Source of the DNA: a virus
Length of the DNA stretch: 64,000 nt
Virus record (IMG/VR): IMGVR_UViG_3300028840_004184
Coordinates: 106,411 to 170,410 of that record
Strand: one strand, 5' to 3'
This document shows positions 46,938-57,666 of this stretch, piece by piece; positions within the stretch are counted from its first letter, which is position 1, and every line of letters begins with the position of its first letter. The notes beneath the pieces were generated by a model. That model worked only from the letters and a program-made list of their open reading frames with translations, was not told the DNA's origin and made no database searches. Made by a program: the position numbers and the translations under genes.

Positions 46938-48905
46938 ATGCCAGCTATTTGCACCGATGAGGTTTTAGATGTTTTTGATTCGGAAAGCACGCCCGTACAT
47001 GCCATGGTACGAATGGGGCAATTTTCGTGGACATGGTTGATCTCCCAGATATACCGTAATCAGAGGGGCAAACCTCTCCGGTTGCTACCCTTTCAGTCTG
47101 TGATGTTTGATATTCTATGGAATAAGAAATTTCCTATGATTATGGCATCTCGTGGCGGTGGGAAGACTTTTTTGCTTGGATTATATGCCTTAACCCGTGC
47201 TATTTTTTGTCCTGGTAGTAAAATTATTATTGTTGGTGCTGGCCTTAGGCAGTCTGCTAAAGTATTTTCTTATGTCCAGGATTTGTACAATCAGAGCCCC
47301 ATTATACAAGAGGCATTGCATCATTTCGGTGGGCCGAGAATTGTTACTACCGGGCCGTATATTAAGGTTGGGGAGTTATCTAGTATTATAGCGTTGCCTA
47401 TCGGCGATGGGGAAAAAATTAGAGGTCAAAGAGCTACTCATATATTGTGTGATGAGTTTGGATCGATCCCGGAAGCGATTTATGAAACTGTTATCAGTCC
47501 TTTTGCATCTGTACATGCTGATCCAGAAGAAAGGGTTATGGTTGAGAATTTCTGCTCAAGAGTAGGGGGGCTAGGTGCTGATGATGCATTGCTGGATAAA
47601 ATACGCGAGATACAGGGCTATGGAAACCAGATAGTTATTTCAGGTACTGCAACATATGAGTTTAATCATTTTTATCGAAATTATATGTCATATAAGATGA
47701 TTGCAGATTCGCACGGAGATCCCGAGCTTATTCGAAAAGCTATGGAGTATAGACGTAGAACAGATATGCATTCTAATGTTGGGGAAATAGATCCAGAGAC
47801 CATCAAAATCTTATCAAAGGGATGGAAGAACTATGCTATTCTTCAGATGCCTTATCAACATATTCCCGCTGGATTTTTAGATAATGAAATTATTGCTAAG
47901 GACAAGGCGACATTTTCATCTGTAAGGTTCGGCATGGAGTACGAATGTAAATTTGCTAAAGATTCTGATGGCTTCATTAAGAGGTCCTCTATTTTTGATG
48001 CCACACCTCAGGACGAGGCTGCTTTCGATATAGAGCTATATGGAGAAGATGGCTTTGATTATGTTATGGGTCTTGACCCAGGTAGACATAATGATAATTT
48101 TGGCCTTGTTGTATTGAAGCTTATACCAGGTGGTTCTAAATTAGTATATGCGGACGCGTGGCACGGAAAGGCCTCTCCTCAGACTGGGCGGAAGATACGC
48201 CAGATTATGAACCGCTTCAATATAGTCAGAATAGCAATGGATAAGGGTGGTGGCGGTGACTACGTGTCTGATATTTTAGCGTTGCGGGAGCTATGCGAGG
48301 AGGGCGAGCTACCTATTTTTCTTGTTAGGGAGCAAATAGAGAACAAAGCGATGCTTGGTGAAGAGGGGTATCATATTCTTGAGTTGGTTAGTTGGCAGGG
48401 TTGGATTTCTCAGGCTGCTCATAGTATTAGTGGTGATATTCAGCATAATCGTTTGTTGTTTCCCACATATCCTGATATTGAGCGTATTTATGCCAAGTAT
48501 GCTACCCATGTATTGAGGCATAGGCGAGCAATGTCTGATGAGGAAAAAATTGAAGTTGATATAATGGTTTTTGGGAAGGATAATGAGGATTTTGAAAAGG
48601 TCCAGCTTGGTGTGTGGGACAACGTAGAGGCCACGGTGGATGAAACATGTGCGATCCAGTTAATGGTTACTCCTGGTGGCGTTGAGAAGTTTGAGTTGCC
48701 TCCTTTAGCTGAGCAGCCAGATGGTATGGATATACGTAGGCGTGATAGATGGTCGGCTCTTGTGTTAGCGGCTTATGCAGCAAGGGTTTATAGAAACCAA
48801 GAGCGAACCAATAAGCCTTTGCCGCCCGGAGGATCTCCCAGTTCTATTTTGTCTGGTAAGAAACGATATAGAAAGGTGAGGAGAAAAGGAAGTGTTATGT
48901 ACTAG
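46938..48905 (+). CDS. terL: terminase large subunit
   Basis: Walker A ASRGGGKT, IRGQRA, Walker B ILCDE, MEYEC, nuclease GLDPG and DRWSA. Confidence 0.92.
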   Translation: MPAICTDEVLDVFDSESTPVHAMVRMGQFSWTWLISQIYRNQRGKPLRLLPFQSVMFDILWNKKFPMIMASRGGGKTFLLGLYALTRAIFCPGSKIIIVGAGLRQSAKVFSYVQDLYNQSPIIQEALHHFGGPRIVTTGPYIKVGELSSIIALPIGDGEKIRGQRATHILCDEFGSIPEAIYETVISPFASVHADPEERVMVENFCSRVGGLGADDALLDKIREIQGYGNQIVISGTATYEFNHFYRNYMSYKMIADSHGDPELIRKAMEYRRRTDMHSNVGEIDPETIKILSKGWKNYAILQMPYQHIPAGFLDNEIIAKDKATFSSVRFGMEYECKFAKDSDGFIKRSSIFDATPQDEAAFDIELYGEDGFDYVMGLDPGRHNDNFGLVVLKLIPGGSKLVYADAWHGKASPQTGRKIRQIMNRFNIVRIAMDKGGGGDYVSDILALRELCEEGELPIFLVREQIENKAMLGEEGYHILELVSWQGWISQAAHSISGDIQHNRLLFPTYPDIERIYAKYATHVLRHRRAMSDEEKIEVDIMVFGKDNEDFEKVQLGVWDNVEATVDETCAIQLMVTPGGVEKFELPPLAEQPDGMDIRRRDRWSALVLAAYAARVYRNQERTNKPLPPGGSPSSILSGKKRYRKVRRKGSVMY

Positions 48906-48968
48906 TTTAGTGTATATCCTTGAGTAGATAGCATATAAGCATTTCTTGGCGAAAGGATTAAAATAATA

Positions 48969-51386
48969 ATGAAGAAAAAAGGTGCTAAGGAATCGAATAG
49001 ACGTAAAAAGAAGTCTACAGCCGTGATTGTGGAAAATGAGCCTTCTAAGGCTATTAAGTCTAGGAATACGTCTGCAAAACGAAGTTCTAAGACACAATAT
49101 AAGTATCCGTCTGCCGATGCAATTATGCGTGTTAACGCACGTCTTATGGGGGTTGCCACTGGTTCTTATGAGCCCGGTCAGATAGGTGACGCTGTTGAGA
49201 GACGTATTATCGAGAAGTATAATACTGTTTTAGGCGAAGATCCTTTGTCTTCGAATGAGAAGTCACGGGGTGAACAAATACAGATTTTGAAAAGACTTGC
49301 CACTAGTGACAAAATGAATCATGCCATTATGTCGCAATGTCATATAGCTTATTTGAGTTATGGTATTGTCCGTGTTGTTGTCGATTTGTATGCCGATTTT
49401 GCCACTGAGGGTCTTGAGATTTTACACCCAAATAAAAGTGTAGAGAATTTTTATAGAGCTTGGGCAACAAAAGTACATCTTAAAGAGCGTGTCAATAGAT
49501 TCTTTACCGACCTGTTCGTGTCTGCTAACGTTTTTATTCACAAGATTCGTGCTAAGATTAATCCAGAAGAGGAGCGTAGTATGAGGCGTGCTCAGGCGAA
49601 TAATGTTGAATTACTTGATGCAAATACGCTGCTTATACGTGGTGGTGGCAATAGTATAGATGTGTGTGTGTCGCCCAATTTGGTGTTGGATAGTGAGCTT
49701 ACTCCGTTTTTTAAGTTATGTGATGTAGCTGATAAACAGATAAAAAATGGTAATGCAATATGTTCTATTGCTGAGTCACCGGATGTTACTATTGATGTAA
49801 ATAAGAGGAAAATTCCATGGGAATATATTTCTCTTCCTCCCGTTAATATAGAGAGTCGAGATAGAAATTTTGCTAATCGTGGTAGATGGGTGCTTGTGCT
49901 TAATAAAGACGACGTTAGTTCTGTTTCTAATTTTTTACGCATGGTATATGACCCTCATAATAAAAAAACCAAGATTAAGCTACCCCCATCATTATCGGGT
50001 AAGCTTGCGAAATATGAAGGTAAATCAAGATATTATAAGGCCGAGGTGTCATTACCGCCTGATGATGTTTATGTTGTCCAGGATAAGAAGTTTGATAATT
50101 GGACTTGGGCTATCCCATTTGTTTTTCCTTCATTACGCTGTTTACGTTTTAAGGATAATCTGAGAAACATGGAGAAAAAGTTTTGTAATAGTGTTATTAA
50201 TTCTATTACGCTTTGGGAGCTTGGAGATCCTGAGAATGGTATATTTCCGGAGGATGAGCATTTTGAAAGACTTGCTGATATGTTGCAGCAGCCTGGTCAA
50301 GCTATGAATTTGATATGGCCAGCCCCAATCAAAGGTAGTGTTATCGAGCCGAGGTCCTCGAATGCTCTTGATCCTCGTAAACATGAATCGATTGATAGAG
50401 ACACTCTTGTATCTCTTGGCATTCCTGATGTTTTGATTGGTGGCAAGGGCAGTAATTTTTCCAACTCTTTTATTTCTGTAGCTACTACTCTTAAGAAACT
50501 TGAGGTTGCTCGTGATCGGATAGAAGCATGGCTTATGAATGAGCTTAAAGAGATTGCTGAAGCAATGGGGTTTCGTAAGCTTCCTAGGATTAAGTGGGGC
50601 AAAAGTAGCTTGCGTGATAAGAAATGGGAGCAGCAGTTTAAACTTCAATTATTCGATCGTGGCGTTTTGTCTGCCGAAGCGTTACTCAAGGAGGCTGATG
50701 AGCACCTTGATACCGAGGTACAGAGGCAGAAAAATGAGAAAAATATCGCCGATTCTACCGGCGTTGGTGTTCTTGATAAACACACTCCTTATTATCGTCC
50801 AGCCGATTTGGTCAAGGTTGGTATTATGCCTCCTGGTTGGAAGCCAGAGCGTAACATGTTAGATATTAAGGAGCAAGAAGCCGAGGTTGATATTAAGATA
50901 GACAAGAAAAGAAATGATACACTTAATCCAGAAGGTGGTGATGACAAGAAGCCCACTAAACCAGAAGGAAGACCGCCGGGCAAGCAAGACACTCAAAAAA
51001 GAAAGAAAAAGGAACCTGTCCCTCGTGGAAATAATGTAGCTGCTTTTATCAAATTTGATTCGCTTAAGGAGCAGGGAGCCAAGTTATTGGATACGGTCGG
51101 CTCTATGCTAAAGACCAAGGGGAAGCGGGGGCCTGTGTCTGAGAAATTACTTTACTCTGTCGTAAGTAATTTAACTGCTGGTTGCTCGAAGACAGATATC
51201 ACAAAGACTATCAAAAGTCTTAAGAGCATAAAAAATAATAAGATAAATGCGTCGGTTAATAAACCTTATGAGTTTTTAGTTAATTATTATAGGGTGAAGT
51301 CTATTGACAATAAATTATCTAAAGACCAAAAACGAGATATATTTATTTATGCTTGGGCGGTAGCAAATATGATTAATCTGTTGTAA
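48969..51386 (+). CDS. portal protein
   Basis: 805 aa directly after terminase; IVRVVVDLYADF, LGIPDVLIGG..SNFS, GRP tail. Confidence 0.8.
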   Translation: MKKKGAKESNRRKKKSTAVIVENEPSKAIKSRNTSAKRSSKTQYKYPSADAIMRVNARLMGVATGSYEPGQIGDAVERRIIEKYNTVLGEDPLSSNEKSRGEQIQILKRLATSDKMNHAIMSQCHIAYLSYGIVRVVVDLYADFATEGLEILHPNKSVENFYRAWATKVHLKERVNRFFTDLFVSANVFIHKIRAKINPEEERSMRRAQANNVELLDANTLLIRGGGNSIDVCVSPNLVLDSELTPFFKLCDVADKQIKNGNAICSIAESPDVTIDVNKRKIPWEYISLPPVNIESRDRNFANRGRWVLVLNKDDVSSVSNFLRMVYDPHNKKTKIKLPPSLSGKLAKYEGKSRYYKAEVSLPPDDVYVVQDKKFDNWTWAIPFVFPSLRCLRFKDNLRNMEKKFCNSVINSITLWELGDPENGIFPEDEHFERLADMLQQPGQAMNLIWPAPIKGSVIEPRSSNALDPRKHESIDRDTLVSLGIPDVLIGGKGSNFSNSFISVATTLKKLEVARDRIEAWLMNELKEIAEAMGFRKLPRIKWGKSSLRDKKWEQQFKLQLFDRGVLSAEALLKEADEHLDTEVQRQKNEKNIADSTGVGVLDKHTPYYRPADLVKVGIMPPGWKPERNMLDIKEQEAEVDIKIDKKRNDTLNPEGGDDKKPTKPEGRPPGKQDTQKRKKKEPVPRGNNVAAFIKFDSLKEQGAKLLDTVGSMLKTKGKRGPVSEKLLYSVVSNLTAGCSKTDITKTIKSLKSIKNNKINASVNKPYEFLVNYYRVKSIDNKLSKDQKRDIFIYAWAVANMINLL

Positions 51387-51459
51387 AATCATGTGTTGTT
51401 AGTGTATAATGTTATAGCATATTATTTTTGTACATATTTTTGACCTATAAAGAAGGCAG

Positions 51460-52206
51460 GTGATATATGTGGCTAATGCAGCTAAAGAAGGTCAAACTGA
51501 TCCTAAAGCAAAGGTTAGGAATCGTGGCAAAGTAATTTTTCCCGCCAGTTCTAATAAGGTCAAAGACAGCAAGGACCATTTCCCAATCAACGATGCAAAT
51601 CAGGCACGTAACGCACTTTCTCGTGTATCTCAGTATACTTCAGTTCCGAAATGGTATAGTGGGACTCTTAATGAGTTGCAGAAGGTGGTCTGTAGTGCCG
51701 TTAAGAATGCATATTCTGATATCGAGGTTAGTATGAAGAAAAAATCTAAGTCTTTTCGTCTCATGGATTATGAGGAATATCAAAATCTGATTAAGAGTGA
51801 GTTTTTTATCATGGTCACATCTCCAGATCCGGAGGATGGACATACACATATTGTCTGGGTAGATAAAAAGGGTAATGGTATGACATCGCCTTATCCAGAA
51901 GAAGAAAGTTATTCTAGACATCAGCACGTTATCGTTGGCAAAGATGTTGTACCGTTCACTAACGGATACAGCGTTTCGTTTCATTCTGGATTGCAAGACG
52001 CAACAGAGGCTGATTTGAAGGACTCTCTTTCTTGTGGTAGGCGTCGTGACAATAATGATGGGTGTCGTGAGGCGGCAGCAGGTCTAGTTGGTAGGGGTAT
52101 TCCTGATACTCAAGAGCAGGAAGCCGATGAGCGTATCAGTGGTTATCGCAGGAGTTTAGACAAGATAATTCGTGATAGGCTTAAAAATAAAAAGAAAAAG
52201 AAGTAG
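51460..52206 (+). CDS. head-associated protein with FPI..ARNAL domain and His motifs
   Basis: HFPINDANQARNALSR; DGHTH, RHQH. Confidence 0.55.
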   Translation: MIYVANAAKEGQTDPKAKVRNRGKVIFPASSNKVKDSKDHFPINDANQARNALSRVSQYTSVPKWYSGTLNELQKVVCSAVKNAYSDIEVSMKKKSKSFRLMDYEEYQNLIKSEFFIMVTSPDPEDGHTHIVWVDKKGNGMTSPYPEEESYSRHQHVIVGKDVVPFTNGYSVSFHSGLQDATEADLKDSLSCGRRRDNNDGCREAAAGLVGRGIPDTQEQEADERISGYRRSLDKIIRDRLKNKKKKK

Positions 52207-52215
52207 GTGATGTGA

Positions 52216-52458
52216 ATGGCCTCTCCATTGAACCCGAATTTTGTGAATAGAGTGAATTTGATTGCCGTTGGTCAATCACATAATGCCGCTTTGTATACCG
52301 ATGGTAGAGCTTTGTCAAGTGGTATTGCTGGTGGTCTTGCTCCTGATGGTGCTCCAGCTAGATCTAAGGTTAATCAAACTTTTACTGGTCCTGAATTACC
52401 AGAGAGATCCGAGGTATATTCTTTGCCTGGTTCTGGTTCGTTTAACCCGGAGGTGTAA
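52216..52458 (+). CDS. hypothetical virion-region protein
   Basis: AGGTG RBS, in late operon. Confidence 0.6.
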   Translation: MASPLNPNFVNRVNLIAVGQSHNAALYTDGRALSSGIAGGLAPDGAPARSKVNQTFTGPELPERSEVYSLPGSGSFNPEV

Positions 52459-52464
52459 TAATTT

Positions 52465-52728
52465 ATGGCTAGATGTACTAAGTGTGGGGCTGTTCTTTAT
52501 ACAACTGAGCGTGGTAATATTACTATGGACACCGAGTCTAGGTGTGGGTTTAAACACAAAAGTTGTGATAAAGCTATCGGTGTTAAGAAGTTAACAAAGG
52601 ATATTGTTCCTGTTGTGACGCCGAAAAAGAAAAAAGTTTTTCCTCGTTCATCAGGTGGTGTTGGTGAAACTAGGTCTTCTAAGTTGGATAATGAGAACAA
52701 AAATAATGATATAGAAAAAGAAACTTAG
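52465..52728 (+). CDS. small Zn-binding protein
   Basis: GGAGG RBS; CTKCG. Confidence 0.55.
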   Translation: MARCTKCGAVLYTTERGNITMDTESRCGFKHKSCDKAIGVKKLTKDIVPVVTPKKKKVFPRSSGGVGETRSSKLDNENKNNDIEKET

Positions 52729-52754
52729 TGTATTAAACACTTTGGAGGTAGAGT

Positions 52755-54419
52755 GTGAGTGACAAGAAACCCTTTAAGACATATGCTTTAGCTAAGGCTA
52801 CCTTATTTGAACCTAATGATAAGGCCATAGCTAAGACTAATGCTGCTCTTAAGCAAATTGGCGGGGAAAAAACCAAGAATCTTCTTCCACAAACTGATCT
52901 TTTATATGTCAAATCCGTTCTTGTTACTGCTGGAATGAATGCTAATGATGATGTTTTTTTTGTAGACGAACTATGGGATGCTCGTTACTCACCTATATTA
53001 AAGCCACTTGATTGGCTTCATAACGAACAAGAGATTATTGGCGTTATGTATAATGTTTCTGCTCGCGATATAAATGATGGAGCGGGTATTGATTTAGAAC
53101 TTGAGCATTATGATAAGCCTTTCGAAATTATATCAGAGGGTGTTGTTTATAAACTTTTGTTCGCCGATCGTGCTAACGAGATTGTTAGGGGAACCAAGGC
53201 TGGTGACTTGTTTGTTAGCATGGAGTGCTGGTTTGATAATTATGATTATGTTGTGTTTAATAATGGTAATATAGAGCGTATTATTAAACGCAGTGGTGAT
53301 ACATCGTTTTTAGATGCATCACTTAAGGCTTTCGGGGGCAGCGGCTTTTTTGATGATCCCGATAGCGATGGTTTCAAACGTATTGGAAGAGGGTTACGCA
53401 ATTTAACCTTTGGTGGTTGTGGATTTGTACCGCGTCCTGCTAATAAGAGATCTGTTATTGAGGTAGTGGGTGATACGGAAGAACCTCATGAGAATAAGGT
53501 GATTGAAAGTGACGCAGAACAGAATTTGGTGTGTGCTGATAGTAATAAGGAGGATGTAATGACCAACGAAAAAGATCTGGTTAAAGCGTCGGTTAAAGAG
53601 GTTTTAGATGAGCAGGCTGAGGTTAGCCGCATCAAAGATCTTGAAAAGAAAGCAAGGACGCTAGCTACTGTACAAGAAGAAAAAAATAGTCTTGAAGCTC
53701 AGATCGAGCTTATGACAAGACAGCGTGATAATATTTTGTCTGCATTTACTGATACAATGCAGGAAATTGTAAAAATCGTTGCCGCTGAGGCTCCGCCTGA
53801 GATCGCAGCCATCGATGCCGCAAGCGATGATGTCGAAGCTGCATTCCAAGCAAAGTTGTCGTGGATTCAGAAATCTGTTGGTTCTATGGCCGAAAAAGTT
53901 GAGGCTGCTTCTGAGTATAAAGAGAAGCTTGATGCTTTGGCCAAAGATGCACGCAGAAGTGAAGTAAACGAACTACTTTGTGATGTGAATGTGGGGGATG
54001 AAGCACTTTCTGGTCTTATTGAAAATGCACTTGCTATGTGTGACGAGGATTATACCAAGTGGTTCGATGAGAAAAAATTACTTATCGATAGTATGAAGGC
54101 GGAGTCTTCAGATAATTCTGAGGATGAAGAGTCTGCTGCTGATGGTGGTGAAGATAGTGCCGAAGCGTCTTCTGACGAGAACAACTCTGACGGAGACGAG
54201 ACTGATAGTGCCGAAGCTGATGAAAATGAAGTCAGCGAAAAGGTGTTGGATAATGTGGAAGAAGATGACCAGCCGAATTTGGCTGGTGCCACTAGTGAGC
54301 CTGAAGATAATGATCCAGATGGCGTAAAACAGCTTGCGGCTGATCTTCACCCCACAGAAGAGAACGAGGACAATGAAGACGAAAAGTCTGAGTTTGATTT
54401 TCTTAACCATGATGAATAA
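52755..54419 (+). CDS. prohead protease-scaffold protein
   Basis: NANDDVF, WLH, VSMEC, FGGCGFVPRPA; coiled coil and acidic C-terminus; upstream of capsid genes. Confidence 0.8.
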   Translation: MSDKKPFKTYALAKATLFEPNDKAIAKTNAALKQIGGEKTKNLLPQTDLLYVKSVLVTAGMNANDDVFFVDELWDARYSPILKPLDWLHNEQEIIGVMYNVSARDINDGAGIDLELEHYDKPFEIISEGVVYKLLFADRANEIVRGTKAGDLFVSMECWFDNYDYVVFNNGNIERIIKRSGDTSFLDASLKAFGGSGFFDDPDSDGFKRIGRGLRNLTFGGCGFVPRPANKRSVIEVVGDTEEPHENKVIESDAEQNLVCADSNKEDVMTNEKDLVKASVKEVLDEQAEVSRIKDLEKKARTLATVQEEKNSLEAQIELMTRQRDNILSAFTDTMQEIVKIVAAEAPPEIAAIDAASDDVEAAFQAKLSWIQKSVGSMAEKVEAASEYKEKLDALAKDARRSEVNELLCDVNVGDEALSGLIENALAMCDEDYTKWFDEKKLLIDSMKAESSDNSEDEESAADGGEDSAEASSDENNSDGDETDSAEADENEVSEKVLDNVEEDDQPNLAGATSEPEDNDPDGVKQLAADLHPTEENEDNEDEKSEFDFLNHDE

Positions 54420-54442
54420 TGTGTGAAGGAGGTGTTAAGTAG

Positions 54443-54883
54443 ATGGCTCTTAAAGAGGATCGTCAAATTTTTGAAACAAGTGTAAGCTTTGCTTCATCTG
54501 GTACTATGGAGAGAGGTGGAGTGGCAAGTATTATCCCGTGGGCTGATGGGCTCGTGTATTATGCTGCTGGTAGTGGACAAACGCCTCATGGTATCGTACT
54601 TGATGACATTGAGTCTTTGAATCCTATGACGCAACCCGAGTATCTGCAAAGAAATGTTTCTCCTGCGGGTGCAGCAGTTGGCATCGTGACGAGAGGTGAG
54701 GTCAAGACAGATATGATTGATACTGGCAATACTACTTATGCTGCTGGTCAGCCTTTGTATCTGTTAGGTAATGGAAGAATCACTAACATTGCTTCTGTTG
54801 TCGGGACGTTGGATGTGCGTGTTGGCACTTGTTTGTCAACTAGGGATTCGCAAGGTTTTATCAAGATGAGAGTTGAATTATAA
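54443..54883 (+). CDS. capsid decoration/minor head protein
   Basis: Between scaffold and major capsid gene; GEVKTD, GQPLY. Confidence 0.7.
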   Translation: MALKEDRQIFETSVSFASSGTMERGGVASIIPWADGLVYYAAGSGQTPHGIVLDDIESLNPMTQPEYLQRNVSPAGAAVGIVTRGEVKTDMIDTGNTTYAAGQPLYLLGNGRITNIASVVGTLDVRVGTCLSTRDSQGFIKMRVEL

Positions 54884-54901
54884 GAAGGGGGTGAAAAATA
54901 G

Positions 54902-55933
54902 ATGTCTTATGCAAAGAAGTATAGCGAAAAATCAAAGGATGCTCTTAGGAGAGCGGCTTCTGCTAACAAGGAGATTCGTGAGGATGCTCAACAAGCTCTT
55001 GCTCAGGCACTGACCGTCCCTCTTCGTAAAGCTATTTTCGACAGGGATAGTCTTGGTGAGATCTTCGTAAAAGAAGTTCTTGAGCCGGGTGGACAGGCCA
55101 ATTATCCGCTTGATTTCATCAAGCCTGGATACGAGGACGAGTTTGTCGCTTTTACTCTTCCTAAGCAGGGGAGAATACCGGAGAGACATGTGGAAGGCGA
55201 CGAGCTTTGGGTCCAAACTTTTCGCGTTGGTAATACCATCGATTGGGATATTTCTTACGCTGAAAATGCTCGCTTTAACGTTATTGAGAGATGTATCCGT
55301 GCTTATGAAGACGGCTATATCCGCAAGAATAACAGTGATGGATGGCGTACTATCCTAGCTGCTGCTGATGGTCGTGGCTTGATTGTTTCCGCTACGGGTG
55401 CGGCTCCTTTTACTGGGGCGACAGTTGTTCCTACTGCTGCTGCCGGTCAGTTTACTAAAGAGCTTGTGTCTCGTATGAAGACTGCCATGATGAGAGGTGC
55501 TGGCGGGAATGGGCCTTACGCTGGACGTTTGACCGATCTTTATCTGAGCCCTGAGGCTATGGAAGACATCCGTGCCTGGGACGCGGACGAGGTTGATGAG
55601 TTCACACGTCGTCAAATCTTCGTTAACGAGGAATATGGTCTGGCAAGTATTTATGGGGTAACCCTCCATGAGATGACCGAGTTCGGTATCGGACAGGAAT
55701 ATCAGAACTTCCTTACTAACGTTACTAGAACTTCTTTTCCTGGAAGCGAAGTTGAGTGGTGCGTAGGTCTTGACTTGTCTACCAAGGATTCGTTCCTGAT
55801 GCCTATTCGTAGAGAGCTAGAAACTCTTGATGATCCTACACTTTACAGGCAGATGAGAATGGGTATTTATGGCTGGATGGAACATGGCTTTGCCGCTTTG
55901 GACCCTCGTAGGGTAATCCTGGGCTGCTTCTAA
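54902..55933 (+). CDS. major capsid protein (HK97-like by position and size)
   Basis: 343 aa; GRIPERHVEGD, LTDLYLSPEAMEDIR, GIYGWMEHGFA; strong RBS and following terminator. Confidence 0.88.
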   Translation: MSYAKKYSEKSKDALRRAASANKEIREDAQQALAQALTVPLRKAIFDRDSLGEIFVKEVLEPGGQANYPLDFIKPGYEDEFVAFTLPKQGRIPERHVEGDELWVQTFRVGNTIDWDISYAENARFNVIERCIRAYEDGYIRKNNSDGWRTILAAADGRGLIVSATGAAPFTGATVVPTAAAGQFTKELVSRMKTAMMRGAGGNGPYAGRLTDLYLSPEAMEDIRAWDADEVDEFTRRQIFVNEEYGLASIYGVTLHEMTEFGIGQEYQNFLTNVTRTSFPGSEVEWCVGLDLSTKDSFLMPIRRELETLDDPTLYRQMRMGIYGWMEHGFAALDPRRVILGCF

Positions 55934-55964
55934 GGTTATGTCATTTATTACAGTTTAGCAATAT

Positions 55965-55999
55965 ATAGAGAGGGATAATATCTCTCTCTATTTTTTTTT
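55965..55999 (+). terminator. intrinsic terminator after major capsid gene
   Basis: TAGAGAGGGATA/TATCTCTCTCTA hairpin followed by T-tract. Confidence 0.8.
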
Positions 56000-56054
56000 A
56001 TTTAGTGTATATACATACATCAAGTCTTACTTTACAATCGGTCCCTTATGGCCG

Positions 56055-56711
56055 GTGGGGTGGAGGCGAAGAAAACAAGATATGATGGAGGAGGTTTTAG
56101 ATATGGGTATGAGAGGTACACTTAACGCGAGAGGTTCTCAGTTTCTTCGTGGTGTTGCTTATGTGAGGCATTTGGGAGATGAGGGGTCTGCTGGTAGTCC
56201 AGCCGGTCACGTCGCATTAAGACCTGATACAGACCATGTTGTTGGGTTTACATCAGGTATCCCATCAACTGCCGCGACGGCTGGTAGTGGTATCACAGTT
56301 CCAGCACAGGGCGTTTATAAAGCCAAGGCTTTTGTGCATGTATCTGGTATGGCTCCCGTGCCTGCTGTTGTGACTCAGGCTGGTCCTCAGTATGGTATTG
56401 GTTTTACTCTTGATGGTGCTCCTATTCAGCAATCTCGCAATATTTTCAACGCCGCTTCTGGTGTCGGTAGTAATGGCGTAGCAGCGAGTTCTCCTCAAGT
56501 TACAAGACTCGAAGCAGAAGCCACTTTCTTTGCTCGTAAGAATGATGTTCTTCGGGTTGTCATCCGTGGCAATGGAGACGCTGGTGGATTTACTCTAGTC
56601 GGACAAGATGAGCTTAGCGGTGCTAATGTGCCGATGACTGTTCCTGCCGCTTTTGTACATCTACAAAGAATACCTACTAAGGAGCTTGGTTCTGACACAT
56701 ACCTTGTCTAA
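56055..56711 (+). CDS. virion structural protein (beta-rich); start probably 56103
   Basis: GGAGG RBS before MGMRG; Gly/Ala-rich. Confidence 0.6.
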   Translation: MGWRRRKQDMMEEVLDMGMRGTLNARGSQFLRGVAYVRHLGDEGSAGSPAGHVALRPDTDHVVGFTSGIPSTAATAGSGITVPAQGVYKAKAFVHVSGMAPVPAVVTQAGPQYGIGFTLDGAPIQQSRNIFNAASGVGSNGVAASSPQVTRLEAEATFFARKNDVLRVVIRGNGDAGGFTLVGQDELSGANVPMTVPAAFVHLQRIPTKELGSDTYLV

Positions 56712-56778
56712 CAGCTTATAATGGGGTGACTCCATAAGGAGTCACCCTAATACTCTTAGATTAGGAGGAGTGTGAATC

Positions 56779-57318
56779 ATGACTACCTTAACGGGTGATG
56801 GTGGCATTTATGATGCTGTACGTATCGACGCAGGCGATCCTGATGGGGTTGTATTCGTTGATGCTTTTTTGAATCGTGTGCTACAGAAAGCTGTGCGTAG
56901 ACTCAATAATACGCTTGGTTTGTCTGTGACTAATCGACCAAGAGGCGTTCATGGATACAAATCTCTGAGTGTCGCTCCTATCACATATAACATCTCAGGT
57001 AACAGTATTGACCCAGACAACGACGAGCTTGCTGACATGATAGTATTGATGATGGAATATATTATCAAAAAAGGCGAGGTCGCTGCTCTTAAGAGACTCA
57101 ATGCTGCTTATGGGGGGGCATTTTCCACCAATGCGGAAGCAGATGATATATCTGTAAAAAATGCTGATGGTGTTGATGTAAGGATGGGGGCAAACAGACT
57201 TGCTACTAGAGCAAGATTATTTACTCTTGATTTAGAAACAATCATAAAAGAGTTAAATGAAGCGATAAAAAGATTTTTATTTCGTCAAACTGGTAATTAT
57301 AGTAAGTTGGTTTATTAA
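56779..57318 (+). CDS. putative head-tail adaptor
   Basis: Position and size; VRIDAGD N-terminus. Confidence 0.55.
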   Translation: MTTLTGDGGIYDAVRIDAGDPDGVVFVDAFLNRVLQKAVRRLNNTLGLSVTNRPRGVHGYKSLSVAPITYNISGNSIDPDNDELADMIVLMMEYIIKKGEVAALKRLNAAYGGAFSTNAEADDISVKNADGVDVRMGANRLATRARLFTLDLETIIKELNEAIKRFLFRQTGNYSKLVY

Positions 57319-57323
57319 ATGTT

Positions 57324-57662
57324 ATGCTTGTTTGGTTGCGAAGCCCATTTGCTATTGGTCTTATTCCCGAGACTGGTGGTAGAATATATGGATATAGGCT
57401 ATGCTATGATCCTTGTGAAATATCTTATGAGCTATACAAGAGACATAAGAAGATTTTTAAATTAGCTCCTTATACTACTAAGTGGCTACGCGAGAATTAT
57501 GGTGCAGATTTTACTCCAATTTTTTTTACGTATGATGAGGTTATGGATATGCCTTATAAGGCATTACATAGGCTCGCTTATGAAATGAATCTAGGATTTC
57601 GTGGTAATCCATCTATTAAAAAACTTAGGCTTGCTATTCGTAGATCATTAAGGAGCAAATAA
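57324..57662 (+). CDS. hypothetical protein
   Basis: ORF in late operon. Confidence 0.55.
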   Translation: MLVWLRSPFAIGLIPETGGRIYGYRLCYDPCEISYELYKRHKKIFKLAPYTTKWLRENYGADFTPIFFTYDEVMDMPYKALHRLAYEMNLGFRGNPSIKKLRLAIRRSLRSK

Positions 57663-57666
57663 CTAT